Source of the DNA: Anolis carolinensis
Taxonomy: Eukaryota
Length of the DNA stretch: 64,000 nucleotides
Direction: 5' to 3'
Assembly: GCF_035594765.1 (NCBI RefSeq)
Contig: NC_085841.1
Span: 242,130,689-242,194,688 of the forward strand
The notes under the pieces are model-generated. The model searched no databases and was not told the DNA's origin. It was given only the letters and a program-made list of their open reading frames with translations. Shown piece after piece: positions 1 through 12,948 of this stretch (position 1 is the stretch's first letter; every line of letters begins with the position of its first letter). A program made the position numbers and the translations under genes.

Positions 1-1457
1 ATTCTGGATTAGAGATGTTCAGACAGTACTATAAAAGCCAAAAGAGACGATAAAGATGATGTGAACTGAGAAGACTAAACTGAAGATGTAAGAATATCAG
101 TTTACTATATATGAAGTGCTTCTTGTATTGATTCTGAATGGATTGTTTATTGTTTAATCATAGATCTGTTTACTGTGTAATTAATAAAAATGTTTTTAAA
201 TGTTAACAGAGCAAAGTTGGTAGTAGTTGCCAGGTTTCTGATTCATAGAAACTGAGAATGCTATACTATAGATACTGATGTGACCAGGCATGAACCTCAT
301 CTGCACCGGATCTATATCTCATGAAGCATTTTCTTGGTGGTGTTGCAGTGTCTCTGGGCACAGATCTTGAAGCACTTTTAACAGTTTTATCTTCATATGA
401 GACTGATTGAAGGGCTCATAGTTCTTCAAAGATGGGTTCCTTTATAGGAAAGTGCAGGAAACCTGTGATGTCTGTGACTGATGGCAGTGGGAGGGTTGGG
501 TATGATGTTTCAATATCCAAAGCTACTATATGAACACTGGATAGAATAGATGGTTTGTTGATTTTAAGGCCCAATAAGAGGATAAAAGCCATTTGAGGAT
601 AGAGAAGGAAGAGAGAGTAGGAGAAATTAATCATTTCCACTAAATCATTTAGTGAGGAATTTTTGTGTCTTGTTCACTTAGAGTTTACAGAAGGGAAGGT
701 GGGAGAGGTTAACACAAGGTTGCTCTTTATTTGGAAATCTACTATGTTTTGTGAGTGCTTTTCAAACTTTTTTTCCTTAGAAGAGACTGACCTTTCCCTC
801 TAGATGGGTGGAAGAGAAGTGCAGCGTTTACAAATGTGTCTTCAGCATCTTGGGGTAGTAATGGGCAAACATTCCTAAGAAAACAAGCCCTGAGTACTAA
901 ATAAAATACTTTTTTTTTTAAAAAAAAGTTGCTTGAATGTATTGATGGCCAGTAGGCTTGAGCGATCCATGAAAAAATTGATTCTAAACTCGTTTCAAAA
1001 GCAGGGGGCGCCAGCGTTTCGTTTCTGATGTCATTTCCGAATTTTGCCCCCCCAAAAATTCGAAATTAACAAAAATTCGTTATTTTCTAAATTAATTTGT
1101 TAATGGCGGACGCGCATGCGCAGTGGCCAAAAAAAAAAGCACGAGGGGAGATTTTACAGGACTCTCCCGCCCTCATTTTTTTGAGTGATCTTCTTCAAAC
1201 TTGGTACAGTGGTAGAACACATTTAACACTGATAGCTCAACAAAATTTGGAACGTTTCCCTTATCCTCTGATTTTTGGTGAATTTTCATAGCTTTTATAA
1301 TAAACCATTTTTTAATAATTGCAGAAATCTGTTCCTGGTTTGAAAGTCTTATTTCCTGTTAAATTGGGTTGTCTTTACTGTGAAAGTCATTGTTCTACTT
1401 CAGAAACTTTGTTTTTGTGGCTGAAACTTTGTTAAATTGGTGTGTGTGTGATATATA

Positions 1458-1459
<2 letters not shown>

Positions 1460-1510
<51 letters not shown>
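1460..1510. repeat. (TA)n microsatellite
   Basis: Direct read. Confidence 0.95.
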
Positions 1511-1512
<2 letters not shown>

Positions 1513-1644
1513 CTCACTGCTACAGAATCTTGGGAGGTTTAATTTGGTATGGTACCATTATTGGCAGAGAAAGCTAAGCTGTAGGAGTTGAAATCCAATC
1601 ATTTATCCTCCCTATAGAATCAATTTTATATGCATTTTAGCTAC

Positions 1645-2043
1645 AGAAAAGCTAAAATCAGGACAGTAAAAGAACAACACCCAGAAAATGGGAATTCCAG
1701 ACAGGAAACAATCAGGGCCAGCTAATACCTTCCAACAAAGGATTCCCCCAGGTAGGAAGCAGCCAGGCTTTGAAGCTGCAAGGCTATTCAATGCTAATCA
1801 AGGTGACCAATTGCAACATTCACACTTGCCTCCCACAGACAAGAGTTCTTTCTCCCACCCTGGACCTTCCACAGATATATAAACCCCACTTGCCTAGCTT
1901 CGCACAGACGTCAAAACCTCTGAGTATGTCTGCCACAGATGTGGGTGAAACGTCAGGAGAGAATGCTTCTGGCACATGGCCATAGAGCCCGGAATACATA
2001 TCACAACAGTGTGATCCCGGCCATGAAAGCTTTCGACAACACA
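1645..2043 (+). mobile_element. Penelope-like element 3' repeat (pLTR) fragment nested in the hAT element, with a core-mutated hammerhead ribozyme
   Basis: Matches the 47053-47240 copy (…gaaacgtcaggagag…ccatgaaagc-ttcgacaacaca); hammerhead core reads CTGAGTA (1920-1926) instead of CTGAGGA. Confidence 0.8.
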
Positions 2044-4394
2044 ACCACAGTATACTATCCATTCAAGTTCATGTAGCGTGGTATGGAGACCTGTATTGGG
2101 GGGAGGGAGGGTGCGAATCTGGGCCCCTGGGAGTCGTAGTCCTCCCTCCCTCCCTCCCCGGGAGCAGCCGAGGACGGGCCTGGCCCACACTCCCTCACAT
2201 CCCGGGCCTCTTCCTCCTCACCGCCGGGCCCCGCGCCAGCCTCCATCTCTGCGTGTCTCTGTCTCTCTCGGTCTCTCCATTCCCGGCTCCATCCGCCGCC
2301 TTCCTGCCTCACAGAGAGACACCAGGCCTGAGCTGAGGCGAGGCGGAGGCGGTGGCCATTTCCCCCCTCCGTCTTCCTCCTCCTCCTCGGCCTCCTTCCC
2401 CCTCGCCCCCTCCCATTGGCTGAGCCCGTGACGCCCCTTTTGCTGAGGGGCAAAAGGAAAGGGCCTGAGGCTGTTAGGAATGGTGGGAGTTTGGGTGATT
2501 TGCAAAAGCTTTTTTTCCTAACGAAAAAAACGACAACATAACAAAATGGCCTCTCGCGGTTCGAAACCGCGATATCCAGACGTGTGGACAATCAAGGCCG
2601 TATATTGCTTCAAAACTAACGAAAGTAACGAATTAATAATGGGTAACGGGGAAATCGAATTATTTGAGCAAGCCTAATGGCCAGAGCTGTTACACTTTAC
2701 TCACAAGGTAGGGATAGGAAAAGATGGGGCGGGAAGACAGAAAAAATACAAGATTTCAATGTGTGTGAATAGTAAATCCATTGTGGTTGTGTATGTGTAT
2801 AGTGGAGATGAAATTCTAATATAGGAGACTATTACGCAAGGACAAAGATATGAAACACTTGTTTCCATGCCATTGTCCAGATCCAGTCAGATTACCAGCA
2901 TCTCTGATTTATCCATGGGAAAATGTATAACAAGAATATCTTCTAGAGCCCTTTATGTATGTGAAAAGCTTTCCTTTTGACCTGCTGAACTTCAACTACT
3001 TATATGCAACCAAGAATACAAAACTATTATGCAGCTTTGAGGTGGATAAGATCTACATTTTTCCCATCTCAATGGGTTGCAATTTATGGGACATTTATAT
3101 ATAAGTTGAGATGCCCTTCTCTCTGATCTCTAATCAAACAGTTTTGTGGTTGTTCCTGTCAACATAACATGAGTTTACATATAGAAATACCTATGCATCC
3201 AAAAGGAGGGTGACACCCCAAGAACTAACAGGAGGAGTCAGGACAATATTTGTTCTGAGTTGTGTGCTTTAAAACATTGACTGAAAAAGTAAACTAATTT
3301 TAATGGGAACGAAAAGGTGCCTTGAGGAAGAACATTATTTGATAACTAAAAAGGGCCAGAGAGATTTAGTGAGAAGCAACAGAGCCCTCTCCTGCTTGGA
3401 TAGATGCACAGAACAGTAAATAGGGTCCAAAAAGCAACCCAGAAGAAAGATGATGAAGAATTATCTGCTGGCTGATTCTCAATATTTTAGGGCAAAACCA
3501 CCCAGACAGCAGTGGGTCCATAGCTCCTTCCCTCAGGGAAATGATTCGAAAGCATCAGATCCAGGGATTATTTGGACTGTATGTATGCTGTTGAGATAGT
3601 TGCATGGATCCCATCTGACTCCTCTTCGGTGAGGTTTGTTATGAGGATTACCAAGTAAGATCCCTTTTACATTTTGCCAAACATCTCCTCTGCATTATTT
3701 AATTATTTAATTTTAAAAAAACATCTCTGTAAGTAGAGATCTAATTTGGCAAGCTGCAACAGTGGTGCTGATATTCATTTCTCTTCCTTGGCTCATTGCA
3801 GTGCTAGATAACCCCCTTCTTTGCCCCCTCAGCCCCTTCTTAGAGATTTTCCTCTTCTGGCTCCTCTCAGAGCTTGTACCATTTTAGAAATGTGCTGTTT
3901 TATTGTGTTACAAGCTTGCATGTGCCAAAGCCCACACACTACATGCACATTTATGGGGATTCTTTTCATATGATATGCAAAATTGTCATAATTATGAAAA
4001 CATTACTTAGTTAAAATTGCCTCAATCTATGATTGGTATTATTTCCAGACTATTCAGTTTTTCTGTTTTAACATTAAGCAACAGTTCCCCCTCCTGGGAA
4101 GCTGTGGAAAAGCAATGAGACATGCTCAGATTTCTTGCATCAAGGAATAGGATTGCTTGATGGTATTTTTCTGCCTCGTTTTCCAGCTGTCTGTGATTTG
4201 AAGCTCTAAAATTCACAGTTTTTTTAAAAGCCTCTAAGACTTGTGACATGTCAATTTTCAGGAAGCCTTTGTTATACTTGGGGGGTGGATGTCTCAGCAT
4301 ACAGAAGAGTGATCTTATTCTGAGTAGGACTTTGAAGCTGTTATGTTATACTTTGGACAGGGTCAATTTAAGGTTATAAATTTAAGGTTATAAA

Positions 4395-4815
4395 CAAGCT
4401 AGACGGTGTCCAGTGGAGGGCAACTAAAATGATAAAAGCTCTGGAGACCATGCCCAATGAAGAGTCTGCAGGAGAGAATGTTGAGAGGGGAGCCGGATCA
4501 CCACGTGTAAATATTTCAAAGAATGTCATAGGAAGACAGACTTGTTTTCTGCTGCCATGGAAACTAGGACTCAGAGCAGTGGGTTCAAATTACAGGAAAG
4601 GAGACTCAACTAGAACATTAGGAAGAACTTCCTGATTGTAAGAGCTGTTTAGCAGTGGAACTCTCTGCCTCAAAGTCTGGTAGAAGCTCCTTCCTTGGAA
4701 GCTTTTAAATAGAAGCTGGATGGCCATCTGTCAGGGGTACTTTGATTGTATTTTTCTGGCATGGCAGGGGGTTGCAGTAGATGTCCCAACTCTAGTTTTC
4801 TATGATTCTATGATT
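4395..4815 (+). mobile_element. CR1 LINE 3' fragment, degraded
   Basis: ORF 4429-4635 (MIKALET..) and flanks resemble the CR1 ORF2 end at 37837-38184; ends in TTCTATGATTCTATGA tail. Confidence 0.85.
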
Positions 4816-5515
4816 TGTGGTGCTGCCAAGTTATGCTCACTAGGACCTGTATGATGACGTTCTCTGCAAAATGGGATCAAAAACTGCAGCTCCCAACTAT
4901 CCATGCCATTAATCTGTATTGCACATAGCAAAGTATGGTATTTTCATAGCACATCCCATGGTTGCTTCTTTGGGCGTAAGCAGACAACTCTACCATCTTT
5001 TGCTGAGGAGCAAACAATGTATTTATAATAATACTGCTGAGTCAGGCCAGGTCAGTCCATCATCTTATTTCTCACAATAACCAATCTATGTTTTTTTGGG
5101 AAGCCAACATGTAGGGAATGTAGGCAGCAGCATCTTGAGGCTCATGGTTTACCGGAAATGGCACTGAACGATATGCTTCCATTGAATTTGGAGTTAGCAT
5201 ATTGTCTATCAGGCTACCAGCTATTGATAGTCCTATCCTCCATTAATTTGTCTGTTTCCCCTTTATGCTCCTGGTATGGGTAACTGTCTTATGGAGAGGA
5301 ATCATGATTTAAAGCCAGCGAGGGTTGCCAGTTTCAAGGTCAGTGATGCAGTGAATCTTCTCTGGCTTAGTTTGAAGGAGCTGTCCAATGTACTGAACCC
5401 TATCATCACCAAATAAATTCAGCTTCTTGGATAGCCCTTTTAAAGTTTGGACTAAAACCTAGAGCAGACTCACTGCCTCACTACCAATGGAAACCACTAG
5501 TTGTCAAAACTCTGT

Positions 5516-5564
<49 letters not shown>

Positions 5565-5565
5565 C
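5516..5565. repeat. (ACA)n microsatellite, tail of an L2-type 3' end
   Basis: Direct read; followed by ctttatt..taccccgcc..atctcccc, the reversed L2-type tail seen elsewhere in the window. Confidence 0.9.
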
Positions 5566-5959
5566 TTTATTTTTATACCCCGCCTCTATCTCCCCAAAGG
5601 ATTGTTATGGGGATGAGCAATCTTTATCCAAAGGCCTGAGTGAAGAGCCTTGCATGCATACTTCCATCCACCTCCTTATTTATACTCTGCATTTCTCCTT
5701 AAAGTTGGAGCTCAAAGCAGCTTCCAAAATAGATTTGCAAACTAAAACAGATGTGACTAAAAGCATACAAAAAAGTAATACACAATTGACAGAATTAAAA
5801 GAATTCAAAATACTGATCCAAATGAATGAAAGAATGAATGGAAGAGACTTTATTTCTATCCTTTCATATTTCCCCAGTGGGGTCTCAGGGCAGCTAACAT
5901 TAAAACAATACAGTTCACTAAAACTCGGTTATACAGAGGTTTATAGTTCTTAACCCATA

Positions 5960-6380
5960 TTTTGAATTATGCTTGGAAACAGACTGCCAGCCAATTGAGC
6001 TATTGCAACAAGGGAGTAATGTGCTCACTTTAACCAGCCTCACTTAATAACCTGGCTGCGACTCTTTAGATGTTACTAGATGAAGTTTCAAAGGCAGCCC
6101 CACATTGCAATACTCCAAACAGGATGCAACCAAAGCATGTCTCACTGTGGCCAACTCAGATAATCCCTAGAAATTGACACAATCGTTCTAATTGTGCAAA
6201 TACAGTTTTGACCATTCCAAAACCCGAAGATCCAGGTTCAGGGCTGAACCCAGTATTGTGCTCAAACTGTAAACCTGTGTCTTCACAGAGGACATAACCT
6301 CATCTTGCACAGATGGAGCCCCTGTTTTTTCATCTGCCTTGCAAATGACCAAGAGGACCTCTGCCTTGTTGAAATTAAAT
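5960..6380 (-). mobile_element. Old L2 LINE ORF2 fragment
   Basis: Degenerate similarity to L2 pieces at 34740 and 50174 (…cccacattgcaatactccaa…, …aagaggacctctgccttg…). Confidence 0.5.
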
Positions 6381-7065
6381 CATGACTGAAGAAATTTTGT
6401 GTCTCTGATGTGATGCAAAGTGGAAATATAACTCTGTAATAAAGAAACAGGAAACCATTAATCTGATTTTAAAAAAAATTATTAATTCATTTTAACACAA
6501 ATAGTTGAATTCATAGTTGACATAATAAACATTCAGGAGGGGAGAGGAAATAGTAGGAAAAGAAAGAAAGAAAACAAGAAGAAAGAAAATGAATAAATAT
6601 ACATGTATAAGAATGCATATCTGTTTTAGTTAAAACTAAACTAAAGCTATTACACTAAAACACTACACACCAACTGCTTAAAGGGCTCTGGCCACCTAAG
6701 CCAAACTGTAACGAAAGGGGAAAAAATCTGAAAAGGGGAAAATACACTATCCTACCATTCTACTACTCAATACTCCTACTAAAAAAAAAATCAGTCATTT
6801 TTTTCCCTTCAAAACCCACATTGGTTTTCCAGTTTGGGTTAACACCTCAACCTTAACCGTCTTTTCATCTGTTGCTGTGCATCAGTCTGTTTTAAGTTTG
6901 AATAGTGTTCTTGCTGCTATCATATATCACTGAAGTATAGAATGATAGAAAGTTCCAGATTAAAAACTCACCAGTGAAGCAAAGACAAAGGACATAAGTG
7001 TTTATTTTATTTATTTACTTCATTTCTGTCCTGCCTTTCTCCACCCCAGAAGGGACTCAAGGCGG

Positions 7066-7494
7066 CCTATTTGCATATTGGCCAAGAAGCGATGCTTGTG
7101 AGCTCCTGCTCCAGAATTACAGGCACAAGAGAGCATGTGCTCTGCACAACAGTTTTTATACAACCAGGTTCATTATTCCAGTTTGAATCATCCCTCTTCT
7201 TGTTTCTGATTGGCTGAGCTCTGATGATGTGGCTGGAAATCCTCTCCCAGCCAAGTGAGGAAAGCTCTGTGGGCGGAGAGGAGTCTCCAGGAAGTGCTGG
7301 CATTCCAGGCCAGTGGGGGTCCAGGGTGGGCAGGATGGGATTATGAGACCCAGGCCCTGGAGAACAACGGAAGCTGATCTCTGTATCCTTGTCTTGGGCT
7401 AGGTAAACAAAGATGCCCGTTGAGGTGGCTTTAGTTGAGTAGTTGGGAGCTATTGTCTATCTTTTGTTATATTCTCTGCCTGAGGCTGAGAAGC
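7066..7494. mobile_element. LTR-like insertion of unknown class inside an L2/SINE tail
   Basis: Interrupts gggactcaAGGCGG|..|AGGCGGtttaaaca; AGGCGG at 7060-7065 and 7495-7500; contains octamer ATTTGCAT and ATTGG boxes; lacks TG..CA ends. Confidence 0.4.
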
Positions 7495-7555
7495 AGGCGG
7501 TTTAAACAGTTAAGGTAGAATTAAAGTACAGTTTATACATTTCAGACTTGGGAAA

Positions 7556-7779
7556 TTTATTTATTTTATTTATTTACAGTATTTATATTCCGCCCTTCTC
7601 ACCCCGAAGGGGACTCAGGGCGGATCACATTGCAGACATATAAGGTAAACATTCAATGCCATAACATAGAACAGAGACAAAGACAGACGCAGGCATGGGC
7701 GGGCCTCGAACTCATGACCTCTTGGTCAGAGTGATTTGTTGCAGCTGGCTGCTAACCAGCCTGCGCCACAGCCCAGCCC
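7556..7779 (-). mobile_element. tRNA-derived SINE with L2-type tail (Anolis SINE2-like), internally deleted
   Basis: Reverse complement shares head gggctgtggcgcag and tail gagtccccttcggggtgagaagggcggaatataaatactgtaaataaat with 50840-51340. Confidence 0.8.
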
Positions 7780-8071
7780 GGAAATAGATACATTATGTAA
7801 CAGGATAAAAATCATACAGCAAGGAATGGATACACATGTAGTAGTTAGTTACTTGAGTTTTGTCTTTGGATATTTAAACCTGAAAATGATGAAATTATGC
7901 AGATTTCCTTTTTCCAGGCCAGCAAAAATAGAGAATGTTGAAATGACCAAAGTCTCCTTTGTTTTGAGCCCCACCTGGGGCCATTTCTCAATGTGAAACA
8001 ATCGCTGGATAATTTGCTTCCTGACCTAGATCAGGTAGAGGTTAATGTTTTTCGGTCCCAGAAATAAAATA

Positions 8072-8397
8072 AAAGGCAAAGGTTTCCCCTGACATTAAGT
8101 CCAGTCATGTCTGACTCTGGGGGTTGGTGCTCATCTCCATTTCTAAGCCGAAGAGCCAGCGTTGTCCGTAGACACCTCCAAGGTCAAGTGGCCGGCATGA
8201 CTGCATGGAGCGCTGTTATCTTTCCACCGGATTGGTACCTATTGATCTACTCACATTGGCATGTTTTCGAATTGCTAGGTTGGCAGAAGCTGGAGCTAAC
8301 AGCGGCCGCTCACACCGCTCCCGGGGTTTGAACCTGGGACCTTTCAGTCTGCAAGTTCAACAGCTCAGTGCTTTAACACATTTTGCCACCGGGGCTC
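8072..8397 (-). mobile_element. Sauria SINE, full length
   Basis: tRNA-like head, diagnostic ggctcttcggcttagaaatggagatgagcacc, ACCTTT-type tail; flanked by agaaataaaata direct repeat. Confidence 0.92.
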
Positions 8398-8869
8398 ATA
8401 GAAATAAAATAGAACATGTTTAATAGGTCTATAGGAATAAAGGTGGGATAAAATACACTTTATAGAAGGGAGAGAGAGATCTGGGGGTGGTGGAAGGCCT
8501 GGGAGCTTTATGCAAAAGAGAGGATGCCACTTTATCTCATTATGGCTTATTGTCCTTGGAAAACCATAAATCCTTTTTATTAGGGGTGGGGGTAGTTGTG
8601 TTCAATAACAGAACTTGATTCATAGGGACGGACCTTGGTGATGTTATTAAATTAATGCACTAAATCCCCCTCCCCACACACACACACTGTGTTTAACCTA
8701 ATGAATTCATGCATTGCCAGAGTGAGGAGCATCCCTATAATGTACTGAACTGATCCATGCCTGAATTCTACACTTACCATTTACTCCAGGGACAGCAAAA
8801 CTTTGACTGCACTGAGACCAAAGTGCCTTTCTTTGCTTCGGCTCAGCAGCTATTTGAGCCCCACTTTTG

Positions 8870-9091
8870 AAGGGAAATCTTCAACTGCAAGAACCGATGT
8901 GGCTACCTGCTGGCCTGATCACTGAATGAGCAGTTTCCTGTCGTCTCTTTCTTCATACAAAGGAGCCTGCTATGTTCTTGTCTTTGCATTGTGAAGGGAA
9001 GTTTTGCGACAGTCACTTCCTCTAGTGCATCCAAATCTTCAGTGCCAGATTATTGTGCTGTGAAGAGGATATTCCAAAGTACTGGGTAAGT
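8870..9091 (+). promoter_or_regulatory. Candidate myeloid promoter and non-coding exon 1 of the first CXCR gene
   Basis: PU.1/ETS motif TCACTTCCTC (9013-9022), kB-like GGGAAATCTT (~8872) and GGGAAGTTTT (~8996), then donor G|GTAAGT at 9085/9086; non-repetitive sequence. Motif-only inference. Confidence 0.3.
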
Positions 9092-9637
9092 GGATGATTC
9101 TGGCTTGATCTGACCTAGAGCATTTTATTGCCTGGGATGGAGGAAAAGATGCACCCCCTTTCCCATCCCCTGTACAGAAGTCAGATGGATTACTTATTGA
9201 ATATTCCTTCAGAACTGGCAATAGGATATTGCATTTCACCACGTTTGAAGCAGCTCAGTTTAGGCGCTCAGGGGAAGTTGTGCGGCATGTCCTCCAAAGG
9301 AAAGGAACAACAGACATTTTGGAGAAATATGCAAGAGTCTTTCTCCACTGCCTTTCAGCATTTATAGCCTTCAGGTCTGCCTACTATGCCCAGTGGTAAG
9401 GCTAGTCCTGATTTTAGCTCCTTTTACATGGGTAAGACTGAAGCTAAGAATATGTATAGGAACAACACATTGATGTGTTGGGAACAACGGATGAATGCAA
9501 TAAGTGTCAGGTATAGCGTCTAAAAAACTCAGAGATTAAAGTTAAGCTGCTACAACTTTCAGATGAGATAATCATTACCAGACATTACAAAAATATATCC
9601 GAGTCTGGTGGTCTTCATTTGACAGAAGAGGATAATA

Positions 9638-9950
9638 CAGTAGAGTCTCACTTATCCAACACTCGCTTATCCAACATTCTGGATTATCCAATGCATTTTT
9701 GTACTCAATGTTTTCAATATATCATGATATTTTGGTGCTAAATTAGTAAATACATTAATTACTACATAGCATTACTGCGTATTGAACCACTTTTCCGGCC
9801 AGATTTGTTGTATAACATGATGTTTTGGTGCTGAATTTGTAAAATCATAACCTAATTTGATGTTTAATAGGCTTCTCCTTAATCTCTCCTTATATTCGCT
9901 TATCCAACGTTATGCCGGCCCGTTTATGTTGGATAAGTGAGACTCTACTG
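9638..9950. mobile_element. Tc1/Mariner-superfamily MITE (CAGTAGAGTCTCACTTATCCAA TIR)
   Basis: 22-bp TIRs, TA on both sides. Confidence 0.92.
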
Positions 9951-10916
9951 TATGTTGCTCTTGCAGGAGGGAGGTGGAAGCTGTGTTCTCTGGCTTGGTG
10001 GGGGAAAGTAAGCAAACACATAGTTATATATTGTCTATTGCAGGTATCAGAGGGAGAAGGCAAGAGCCTGGTGCACGTCACCTTTGGAAAAACCTCCTGG
10101 CACCCGGGATGTGTGTGTAAAGAAGCCTGTCCTTGGGGATAATCTGGGGCTTTGCTTTCTCTTATAATGTCTTGGGACTTGGGAAGGACTGCCCTAGGTT
10201 TGCCTTCCAAAAAATGACTGGCCAAGGTCCTTTCTTCCTATGGTGGTCTTGGCATCAGGAAGAAATGGAAATCCAGAGAGCGCAGGCCAGGGAGATGGGT
10301 ATTAAAAACCCTTGCTCTTCCCTATTTCTACCCCACCCCCCACCCCACCCCGTCATTTTGGCTCTTTAAAAATCATTGTCACACTTAATCTATAATTAAT
10401 TAATCAATCCTGCATTCCTTTGCAAATTTCTTCTGTTCTGAGAAGAAAGCTGCAAGAAGGGAAGTGTTTGAATCCCGTAAGGAATGGAAAGCTGTGTGGG
10501 TGGGGTTCTTAAAGAATATCAGTTGCAGTAACTTACAGAGCCTCTTGGGATGAGAGCACATGTGCCATTTAACTCTCGGTAAGTGTGCATGACTATCCTC
10601 AGGTTATGATAGGGCAAGTCCTGCAATAACCGTTTCTTGACTAAACAGAAATCCTGCCACTTAAGGATTTCTACCTTCCCTTTTTTCTTCTACTCCTAAG
10701 ACAGGTTAAAACTTGATCTAATCTAATCACTGTCAGTCCTCTGTCTAATTGCAATAATAGTTTCCTGGAAGTTTGTGAATCTGCGAGGGGGTTGCATCAA
10801 AATGTAGGCAAACAATTTCTCTGGTCTGCAAAAATGTGATTTTTAAAAAGAAAACCAACACCCTAACTCTTATTTTTGCAGTTCATATGTGGCAATTCGC
10901 AGCCATCTGAAAGATA

Positions 10917-11145
10917 CTCTGATTCCCCCCAAAATAAGACAGGGTCTTATATTAATATTTATTCCAAAAGATGCTTTAGAGCTTGTTTTCAGGGGCAGTC
11001 TCATTTTTCCAAATTGACTTTTTAAATTAACTACATCTAGGGCTTATTTTTGAAATAGGGCTTATAGTTCAAGCATCCTCAGACATGCTGAAAAATCATG
11101 ACAGTTCTTATTTTTGGAGTAAGTCTTATTTTGGGGGAAACTGGT
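10917..11145. mobile_element. Old pogo/Tigger-type MITE
   Basis: Degenerate TIRs ccccccaaaataagac / gtcttattttggggg; related to 31003-31408. Confidence 0.7.
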
Positions 11146-12427
11146 GACCACCAGTTAATGAAAAAAGTTTTTTTAAATAAACAAGAATAAACCACTACTA
11201 TAAATTTAGAAAGAAACATAACTTTGGGATTAAACATAACTATAATAGGATTAATCTTATTCTGATTGTCTAAGTGTTACTGTATTAACAAGACTTGCAT
11301 TTCCTTTGATGCTATATAAGTACAAGTGCACCAGGATCCAATCCTCCAGAAAGGAATGGGATCAGCATTGTGTTCATATAGTGCTGATATTTCTTTTCAG
11401 TGGGAAAAAACAGTGTTTGGCTTTTGAAGTACTACATAAAGCTCTCAAAGGCAGTGTCAGCCAAATGGCTTGGGATTTGCAGGTCTCTATTTTGTGGGCT
11501 TATCTGCAAATTAACTTTTAAAAAGACAACTTTTTTTTTTGCAAATTTTACATTTTCTAGGTTTTTAGAATTATCCAGGTTGTGTTTTGATATTTCACAC
11601 AGAATGAATGCTCATTCTTCTCTTTAAGCTATTTTCGATTCATGAGTGATGAGGTCTCTCAACTCTGATTTATTTTCAGTTCTTCTTTCATGTTTCATGG
11701 TCACCGGATTCAGATGTTTTCTTGACTGCTTCAAAAGTATTATTGAAAACAGTAGCACTTCACATTTTTTGCAACTACCATCCAACATACTCATTGAATT
11801 CCAGTATTGCCTTGATATCCAAATTCTTCTGTTACTGCTGTGATGTTACACATTTAAGATCTCCCAGCAATTTCAGCATCATTTCAGTAAGAAATGAAGA
11901 AGAACAAACCTACTAATGTGGTTGAGTAAGTCTTAGCTGACCACATTTTTTCACAAGGCACAGATTTGCCCTGATTATTAATTTGAGGATGGAAAGACGC
12001 AATTATTTAAATGTGTCATCATTTATGTGCCTTATATCTTGAGAAAGAGGTCTGTTCACAGAAAAACAAAGGTAGTCATGCTCATGACACAGATTTCCCC
12101 ACAAGGCAGTTAAATTGTGAGTTGCTTCACGTGTGATGTAAACAAAAAAGTCACAGGAACAGAAAGAGACAGGAACAGAAAGAAGTTAGTGACCTCCTGC
12201 ATGCCAATGAAAACAACTAACTTTGTTACAAGTTAGTTTTAGTCAAAAAGAGTATAGGTAAATTAACTAAAACATGGAAAGGAGAATAATGTTAGAAGTC
12301 TAAGAAACATGTTTGTAAAAAAGCATAGAAATTTTGGTTAACAATCAGTACAACGATACAGGAGATTTTGAAAACAGAAATAACATTCAGACAATATAAA
12401 GAAGGGAAAAGGAGATTGTGAATATAA

Positions 12428-12752
12428 AAAGGTAAAAGTTTCCCCTAATATTAAGTCCAGTCATGTCTGACTCGGGGTTGGTGCTCATCTCCATTTCTAA
12501 GCCGAAGAGCCAGCGTTGTCCATAGATACCTCCAAGGTCATGCAGCCGGCATGACTGCATGGAGCGCCATTACCTTCCTGCCAGAGCGGTACCTATTGAT
12601 CTACTCACATTGGCATGTTTTCGAACTGCTAGGTTGGCAGAAGCTGGAGCTAACAGCAGGCGCTCACTCCGTTCCCAGGATTTGAACCTGGGACCTTTTG
12701 GTCTGCAAGTTCAGCAGCTCAGCGCGTTAACACACTTCACCACCAGGGCTCC
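12428..12752 (-). mobile_element. Sauria SINE, full length
   Basis: Same family as 8072-8397; gtgaatata direct repeat on the flanks. Confidence 0.92.
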
Positions 12753-12857
12753 TAATGGTGAATATAGATTATGATATATAAAGAAATACCATATTTTTCG
12801 CTTTATAAGACGCACCTGATGATAAGACGCACCTAGTTTTCAGAGGAGGAAAATGGG

Positions 12858-12947
12858 GATGCCACATTTTTTAAAGGATTTAATAACCGTTTCATCCTTC
12901 ACTAACTGCCATGAAGACTTCACCCACTCGCAGAACTGGGCGATAGT
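12858..12947 (-). pseudogene. pogo-family transposase C-terminal remnant (30 codons)
   Basis: Minus-strand translation [30 protein letters not shown], the W-V-x-x-x-W...KSFKKCGI motif that follows the DDD domain of pogo/POGK-like transposases; not in the ORF track. Confidence 0.85.
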
Positions 12948-12948
12948 T

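Larger units (their letters stand above)
953..2676. mobile_element. Non-autonomous hAT DNA transposon, 1724 bp, composite internal cargo
   Basis: Ends TAGGCTTG...CAAGCCTA (inverted); exact 8-bp direct repeat ATGGCCAG at 945-952 and 2677-2684; CpG-rich subterminal TTCG/CGAA repeats; no transposase ORF. Confidence 0.88.

Noticed and set aside
2055-2591. GC-rich ORFs inside the hAT element
   Set aside because: Long frames are expected from GC content; no recognisable protein.
5501-5953. 150-aa poly-Thr ORF
   Set aside because: Produced by an (ACA)n microsatellite and AT-rich repeat tail.
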